64,000 nucleotides of DNA from an uncultured Acidobacteriota bacterium (GTDB lineage: Bacteria; Acidobacteriota; Blastocatellia; RBC074): positions 992,001 to 1,056,000 of the forward strand of contig CAWCKY010000004.1 in NCBI GenBank assembly GCA_963796275.1, read 5' to 3'. Both the position numbers and the translations under genes were made by a program. Under the pieces are notes generated by a model. It saw only the letters and a list, made by a program, of their open reading frames with translations, ran no database searches and was not told the DNA's origin. Positions 57,051-64,000 of the stretch are shown here, piece after piece; within the stretch, counting starts at the first letter, position 1, and every line of letters begins with the position of its first letter.

Positions 57051-60000
57051 ATGAAAAGTTTACTTTTATCAGTCATCATTTGCTTGGCTACCGGCGCGAT
57101 TTCCTTCGCACAAGGAACGAACGCATCGTTGTCCGGAACGGTCACCGATGCTGCTCAAGCGGCAGTACCGGGAGTCACGGTCACGGCTCAGAATGTAAAT
57201 ACGGGTGTGATCACGAATACCGAGACCAACATATCCGGTGTTTATGTCTTTCCCAGCTTACAACCCGGGACATATCGCGTCACCGCAGAAAAGCAGGGCT
57301 TTAAAAAGATCATCAACAACGAAGTGGTACTCGAGCTTTATGCCCGTATCACGCTCAACTACTCGCTCGAGATCGCGACCATCAGCGAAAATGTCGTTGA
57401 GATTAACGCTGCGCTTGATACGCGTCTCGCGATAGGCAACACCTCGGTGGGCGGCGTGATCAATGGTCAAAAAGTACAGGACCTGCCGCTCCCCGGACGC
57501 AATGCTCTCGATCTGGTTTTAACCCAGGCCGGCATCGTCGGGGATAGCTTCGCGGGCGCGCGAATCGGCACACTCAACGTGGCGCGCGACGGTATCAATG
57601 TCATGGATCAGCGTATCAATAGTGGCGTCAACTCAGTGATCTTCAACAGCGTTGACTTAGTTGACGAGATACGCGTGATCACCTCGCCGGCTGACGCCGA
57701 ATTCGGGCGTGGATCGGGACAGGTCCTGATCACGACGAAATCGGGTACGAACGAATTTCACGGCAGCGTCTTCGAATCGCATCGCAACACGGCGCTCACC
57801 GCCAACGATTTCTTCAACAACCTGCGCGGCGATCCGCGCAATGTGCTCATCCGCAATCAATTCGGCGGCCGCCTTGGCGGTCCGATTATCAAAAATAAGA
57901 CCTTCTTTTTCGCCGGGTATGAGGCTCAACGTGAGGTCTCTCGCGATACCGTCACTTCAACTACCTATACCCAACAGGCGCGGCAAGGGATATTCCGATT
58001 TTTTCCTGGTGTCCGTAATGCAAACGCGATTGCTCAGGTGCCAACGGTCGATCTCAACGGCGATCCGGTCAAACCTGCTACGGCGACCGGCGACCTGAAA
58101 TCGGTTGACTTATTCAGCCTCGGACTCGACAAAAATCGCTTAACGACCGACCAAACCGGTATTGTGAAAGCCATGCTCGATCGGATGCCGCTGCCTAACA
58201 ACTTCCGTGCCGGTGATGGGTTGAACACTGCAGGATTCACTTGGAGCCGCCCGGAAAGCGCCAACCGTGATCAGATCTTATGCGCGCTTCGATCACGTGT
58301 TTACTGAAAATCATCGTTTCAACTTCAACTACACCTGGGAGAAAGAATTTTTCCTGAATGGCTTCCTGGCCCAGCCTTACCCTGACTCGCCTGGCGGCAA
58401 TCTGGCGGGCAGTAATCAATTCTACTCTTTCGGACTGATTTCTACGCTATCGCCGAGTTTGGTGAATGAATTCCACGCGGGCGCTCAGAGATCACGGCTA
58501 CGCTTCAACGCGCCGTGGGAATTGGAGGAAGGCAGAGCGTTGATGCCCAGGGTCGGCGATCAGATTTTCGCTGCTATTTCTCCGTCGGTGACGGAGCCGA
58601 TTAACTTCACCAATGATCCGCAAGGACGTATCTCTCCGCTGTATAGTTTCTCGGATACGATCGCCTGGTCAAAAGGCCGACACGGATTGAAAGGGGGGGT
58701 GGAATTCCGTTTTGTCAGCACCAATGGGTTCAACTCGTTCGATGTCCTGCCACGGGCTACCTTCGGCCCCGGCGGTCAGGGGGTAGTAGGAATCAACCCC
58801 ACAAGCATCCAGGGCCTAGGTGTTAATGAAGCAGGAGCTCAAAGTTTGTTGAACGATCTTGCCGGTTCGCTCGCTAGTGTCGCGCAGGCATTCAATGCAT
58901 CGGCCGGAGCAACCCCCGTCTTCCTGACGGGCGAAGGTAAGCAGCGCACCTGGAGGCAGCGTGAATTCAGCTTCTTCTTCAAAGACGATTTCAAAGTAAG
59001 ACCGAGTCTGACGCTGAACCTCGGAGTCCGCTACGAATTTTACGGTGTACCTCATGAAGCAAATGGCAGGACAGCGAGTCTTGCTGGCGGGACAGAAGGT
59101 ATATTCGGGCCTCACGGGAAGCAGCTTTGCCGATCTGTATCAACCGGGCAGGCTAAATGGTTCACCGACGCAGATTATCCTTGTCGGAAAGAATTCGCCG
59201 AACGAGGAGACCAACCTCTATAACAACGATCTGAATAACTTCGCTCCAGCGGTCGGCTTTAGTTGGGCTATCCCTTACTTTGGCGAGAACAAGACCGTCC
59301 TGCGTATGGGATACGGCATCGGATACGAAAGAAATTCATTGCGTCTTCTGGACGTAGTAGCAGGCGATCAGCCGGGTCTGCGTACTGTGAGAAACTTTAC
59401 GACATCAGCGTACCTTGATCTCTCGCGTGTCGGTTTGCCACTCACCCCGGAAGGGAACCCGCTGGACATCGTTGCCCTCACCGACCGCCTGCAAACAGTG
59501 CGCGTTTTCGACACCAACCTCCGCACACCATATGTGCAAAACTGGAACGTGACGTTGCAACGCGAGCTGTTCAAAAACTTCTCGCTCGATTTCCGATACG
59601 TTGGCAACAAAGGAACGAAACTGATACGCGGCACAAATATCAACGAAGTTAACATTTTCGAGACAGGAATCCTCGAAGCTTTTAAAGCCGTGCAGGCCGG
59701 CGGAGAATCGGCGCTGCTCGACCGTATCTTCAATGGCATGGACCTGAACTCAGGTAGCATCAATGGAACGACGGTGCGGGCGGGCGCTTCCTTACGCAAC
59801 CACCCTAATACGCGCGCCTTCTTCGCCAACAACAATGTCGGCGGGTTCGCCAACTATCTCAACACCACGGCTAATTTCACTAATGTTCGCGGAGGTCTGT
59901 TGCGTAATGGAACCCTGCCGGAAAACTTCATCGTCGCCAACCCGCAATTCGCGTCTGCGAATCTGACGGGTAATTTCGCCAACTCAACCTATCATTCGTT

Positions 60001-60814
60001 TCAAGTTGAATTGAACAAGCGGTACTCAAACGGATGGACGCTACAAAGCAACTATACATGGAGCAAGTCGATCGGCGAAGAAGAGGGCGACGAGCAGGAA
60101 ATGCTCGACAGCTACCGCAATGGCCGGAACCGCCGTGTCGACAAGCGATTGCTATCGTTCCATCGCCCACATGTCTGGCGCACCAGCGCGGTATGGGAGA
60201 TGCCGTTCGGCCCCGGCCGCCAATTGCTCGGGAAAAGCAACAAAATCATCTCGCGTCTGGTCGAAAGCTGGCAGATCGGCGCAATCTACAACGTCTTTAC
60301 CGGTGCGCCTCTGAACCTGTCAAACGAAACCAGTTCGTTCAATCAGTTCACGGATAACACTCCGCTGCTGATGGGGATACTGCCGAAGGGTTTCGGCAAG
60401 GTGAAACGTGATGACAATGGGGTGATCTATTTTGACGGATTGAATGAAGCAATAGACCCTTCGGTCGCCAATATTACCGGTTCACAAAATCTGCAAGATC
60501 GCAGCACATTGATTGGAAGGGCCGATGCGAACGGTAATATTATTCTGGCCAATCCGGTTCCAGGACAGCTTGGCTCGCTGGCGCCCTTCTATCTACAGGG
60601 GCCGGGTTCATATCGCCTGGATTTGAACTTGGTCAAGCGCTTTCAGTTTCGAGAGAAGGCTAACTTCGAGATGAGAATCGATGCGATCAACGCGTTCAAT
60701 TCGCCGGAGTTCGATCTCCCAAACGGCAATATCAATTCGACCGACTTCGGACGCATCACCGGCACTAACAACGACGCCCGGATCGTCGTCATCTCTCTAC
60801 GCATTAACTTTTGA
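57051..60814 (+). CDS. Oar-like TonB-dependent receptor with two +1 frameshifts (near 58278 and 59108)
   Basis: Signal peptide, carboxypeptidase-regulatory domain, plug and barrel ending SLRINF; three overlapping ORFs join. Confidence 0.85.
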
Positions 60815-60885
60815 TGTAGCATCAATAGTTTCTGATCGGCTCTGTGAACCTTATGTGTACAGCTTCTGCTGACATTATTCGCCTC

Positions 60886-60990
60886 GCGCTCCAGAGGAGC
60901 GACATATCAATGCAGATATGCCGCTCCTCCTCAGGAGCTTGCGTACCTGAATGATCGTGAACAATAACCATATCGCACCACTGGCTCTCG
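60886..60990. repeat. Degenerate REP-like element (family B)
   Basis: gctccagaggagcgacatatc..gatatgccgctcctcctcaggagc between convergent genes. Confidence 0.6.
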
Positions 60991-61117
60991 AGGCGAACGT
61001 TGAATCTAATAGCGTTTAAATTGAAACCTCTCGAATAATCTGTACCGCGAGAGATAGCGAGTGAATCTTTCATTCAGCTTATGAAAAGCCTCTCTCGCAA
61101 CCTCTCCCGGTGCTGCT

Positions 61118-63625
61118 TTAAATCTCAATCTTAACCGGCTTCACTTTCCAGATTCGATTACTGTACTCACGAATAGACCGATCCGAAGAAAACCAGCCCA
61201 TCCTCGCCACATTCAAGATCGACTTGCGCGTCCAGTTATCCTGATCCAGGAAGGCTCGGCTCACATCGCCCTGGCGATCCACGTACGATAAATAATCCGC
61301 CAGCACCATGTATTCATCACGAGAAAGCAGCGAGTTGACGAGGGGTTTAAACAGATCCCTGTCCCCCCCGGAAAAATGTCCCAGCCCGATCAGATCGATC
61401 ACCTCGCGCAGGGTCGCGTTCGTCGTATAGTAGTCGCTCGGATTGTAGCCGCGCGTCTTCATATCCATTACCTCCTCAGCGGTCAAACCGAAAAGGAAGA
61501 AATTATCGGCTCCCACGGCGTCCCGGATCTCTATGTTCGCTCCATCGAGCGTGCCGATGGTCAGCCCGCCGTTCATGGCGAATTTCATATTGCCCGTGCC
61601 AGATGCCTCTTTGCCCGCCGTCGAAATCTGCTCGGATAGATCGGCACCCGGATAAATCTTTTGTCCGCTCTTGACGTTGAAGTCCGGCAAAAAGACCACC
61701 TTCAGTCGATCTCCGACAACCGGGTCTTTATTGATCACCTCCGCGACCGAGTTAATGAGTTTGATGATGAGTTTGGCCATGATATAGGCGGGCGCTGCCT
61801 TGCCGCCGAAGATCACAGTCCTCGGAGTGAGCTCCACCCCCGGATTATCCCTGATCCGGAGATAGAGCGTGACGACGTGCAGGACGTTCAGATGCTGGCG
61901 TTTGTATTCGTGGAGGCGCTTTACCTGCACATCGAAGAGCGATTGCGGATCGACGATGATTCCCGTGCGTTCTTTTATCAAGGCGGCGAGATTCAACTTG
62001 TTATCGCGCTTGACCCGCCGCCAATCTTCTTGAAAGCCAGCGTCTTCGGCGAATTTTTCGAGTCGCTGAAGTTCATCTTCAGTATTGCGAATCCAATTAT
62101 CACCTATCCGGCTTGTGATCAGATCAGTCAGCCCAGGATTGCTGAGCACAATCCAGCGGCGCGGCGTTACGCCGTTGGTGACGTTGTGGAATTTTTCAGG
62201 ATAAAGCTCATAAAAATCGCGCAAGACATCGCGCTTGAGTAGCTCCGTATGGAGCGTCGCAACTCCGTTGATGGCATGGCTGCCGAGGCTCGCGAGGTGA
62301 GCCATGCGGACGTATTTCTCTCCGGATTCATCGATCAATGAGAGGCGTTCGCGCCGCGCCTCGTCGCCCGGGAACTTCGCCATCGCTTCATCGAGAAAAC
62401 GCCGGTTGAGCTCGTAAATGATCTCGAGATGTCTGGGCAATAGACTTCCGAATAATGGGAGCGACCACTTCTCCAATGCTTCCGGAAGCAGCGTGTGGTT
62501 GGTGTACCCGAAAGTATTCTGAGTGATCTGCCACGCTTTCTCCCATTCCAACAGGTGATCGTCGATGAGCAACCGCATCAGCTCCGCAATCGCGATAGCA
62601 GGATGCGTATCGTTCAATTGAACGGCGAACCCTTCATGAAATTTATCCAGGCGAGCTCCCGATGAGAGATGAATATGCAACATATCCTGTAGCGAGCAGG
62701 AGGCGAAAAAGTATTCCTGTTCGAGACGAAGTTGCCTGCCCTGAATGAAACTGTCATTGGGATAGAGCACCTTGGTGATATTTTCCGAAAATATTTTGGC
62801 GTGGACGGCTCTGTAATAGTCTCCGGTATTGAAGGCGTCGAAATCAAACGATTCGACAGCTTCGGCCCTCCAGAGTCTGAGCAGGTTGGTCGTATTGACC
62901 TGGTAACCGAGGATGGGCGTGTCGTATGCGATTCCCTTGATAACTCCATTTGGAATCCAGCGAACGCAATAGCGCCCATCATCGTCCTGGTAATGTTCGA
63001 GTTCCCCGCCAAAATAGACTTTGTAATTGACCTCCGGCCGCGGAATCTCCCAGGGATTGCCCATCTGCAGCCATTTATCGGTCACCTCGACCTGCCAGCC
63101 ATCGCGAATCTCCTGATCGAATATGCCGAACTCATAACGAATTCCATAACCGATGGCCGGGATATCGAGCCTCGCAAGAGAATCGAGGTAGCAGGCTGCC
63201 AAACGCCCCAGACCTCCGTTGCCCAACCCCGGCTCTTCTTCCTGTTCGATAAGATGGCCGAACTCGAGCCCGAGTATCTCAACCGCCTCCCGCGCCTGAT
63301 CATAAATCCCGAGGTTGATCAGATTCTTACCGAGCTGCGGCCCTATCAAGAATTCCGCCGAAAGATAGCACACGGCGCGCGTATCGTGTTTCATCAAACA
63401 CGTGCGAACCGTCTTGATCCAACGGTCCAACATTCTGTCGCGCACCGTATGGGCGAGCGCCATATACCAATCGTTTCGCGTCGCGGACTCGGGGAGTTCG
63501 CCCTGAATATAGAGGAGGTTATCGACGATCGCACGAGCTAAAGTCTCGGGACTGAGACCCGTGCGGAGGTTTTCTTGCTCTTTTTGCAAAGAGACAGCTG
63601 TGACTTCGTTTTCTGTGAATTCCAT
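61118..63625 (-). CDS. glgP: Glycogen/alpha-glucan phosphorylase
   Basis: GLGNGGLGRLAAC, QLNDTHP, TNGVTPRRW, QVKRLHEYKRQ and PLP lysine EASGTGNMK; start set at ATG 63625. Confidence 0.96.
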   Translation of the reverse strand: MEFTENEVTAVSLQKEQENLRTGLSPETLARAIVDNLLYIQGELPESATRNDWYMALAHTVRDRMLDRWIKTVRTCLMKHDTRAVCYLSAEFLIGPQLGKNLINLGIYDQAREAVEILGLEFGHLIEQEEEPGLGNGGLGRLAACYLDSLARLDIPAIGYGIRYEFGIFDQEIRDGWQVEVTDKWLQMGNPWEIPRPEVNYKVYFGGELEHYQDDDGRYCVRWIPNGVIKGIAYDTPILGYQVNTTNLLRLWRAEAVESFDFDAFNTGDYYRAVHAKIFSENITKVLYPNDSFIQGRQLRLEQEYFFASCSLQDMLHIHLSSGARLDKFHEGFAVQLNDTHPAIAIAELMRLLIDDHLLEWEKAWQITQNTFGYTNHTLLPEALEKWSLPLFGSLLPRHLEIIYELNRRFLDEAMAKFPGDEARRERLSLIDESGEKYVRMAHLASLGSHAINGVATLHTELLKRDVLRDFYELYPEKFHNVTNGVTPRRWIVLSNPGLTDLITSRIGDNWIRNTEDELQRLEKFAEDAGFQEDWRRVKRDNKLNLAALIKERTGIIVDPQSLFDVQVKRLHEYKRQHLNVLHVVTLYLRIRDNPGVELTPRTVIFGGKAAPAYIMAKLIIKLINSVAEVINKDPVVGDRLKVVFLPDFNVKSGQKIYPGADLSEQISTAGKEASGTGNMKFAMNGGLTIGTLDGANIEIRDAVGADNFFLFGLTAEEVMDMKTRGYNPSDYYTTNATLREVIDLIGLGHFSGGDRDLFKPLVNSLLSRDEYMVLADYLSYVDRQGDVSRAFLDQDNWTRKSILNVARMGWFSSDRSIREYSNRIWKVKPVKIEI

Positions 63626-63723
63626 CTCACCCTCATATAAAAGAGTTCGTGGTCTGGAGTCCGAAATACATAGCTTTAATTCTGCTCCGGAGTCTGTAGT
63701 CAAGACAAATTCTGGACTATTTC

Positions 63724-64000
63724 TCAGTCTTTACGTTTTAACTGCCCGGCAACAGCTTCGGTGGCGCGACGGATAGCGTCAGGATCACCCAGATAGAAAT
63801 GATTGAGCGGTTTGAGCTGATCATCGAGTTCGTAAACGAGCGGAATGCCCGTTGGGATGTTGAGTTCTACGATATCGTTATCTGAGATGTTATCGAGGTA
63901 CTTCACCAGAGCCCGGAGACTGTTGCCATGAGCTGCGATCAGCACGCGTTGGCCGGCAGAAACCGCCGGCGCGATTGTCTCGTGCCAATAAGGTAAAAAT
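63724..64000 (-). CDS. gpmA: 2,3-bisphosphoglycerate-dependent phosphoglycerate mutase, 3' part
   Basis: [34 protein letters not shown]. Confidence 0.93.
   Translation of the reverse strand, partial: FLPYWHETIAPAVSAGQRVLIAAHGNSLRALVKYLDNISDNDIVELNIPTGIPLVYELDDQLKPLNHFYLGDPDAIRRATEAVAGQLKRKD

Overview
GC-rich bacterial chromosomal DNA. The gene content points to an Acidobacteriota genome (inference): many ADOP/MacB-like orphan permeases, PadR regulators and Oar-like TonB-dependent receptors. Left end (1-5036): tail of a co-oriented cassette with a partial unknown gene, a 584-aa protein of unknown fold, a signal-peptide-less four-domain peptidoglycan hydrolase and an amidohydrolase. This is the best candidate for an undescribed system. 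Middle: at least 12 minus-strand ADOP permease genes or fragments, two intact PadR genes and one PadR relic. Four of the long ADOPs carry an in-frame Shine-Dalgarno + ATG exactly at the prefix/permease junction (possible two isoforms), and shared promoter/operator motifs are readable. Also present: an MFS-DeoR-HAD operon, two frameshifted TonB-dependent receptors, a secreted HExxH metalloprotease, a D-aminoacylase-like enzyme, a BlaR1/M56 peptidase with a decayed BlaI, a PL11 rhamnogalacturonan lyase, a TPR-CHAT protease next to an ECF-like sigma factor, LysR-RND-MFP efflux genes, glgP and partial gpmA. Several REP/REPIN-like palindromes occur, some at gene breakpoints. Eight isolated single-base frameshifts are probably sequencing errors. 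No rRNA, tRNA, CRISPR array or transposase was seen. No database search was run; all family calls come from motif recognition.
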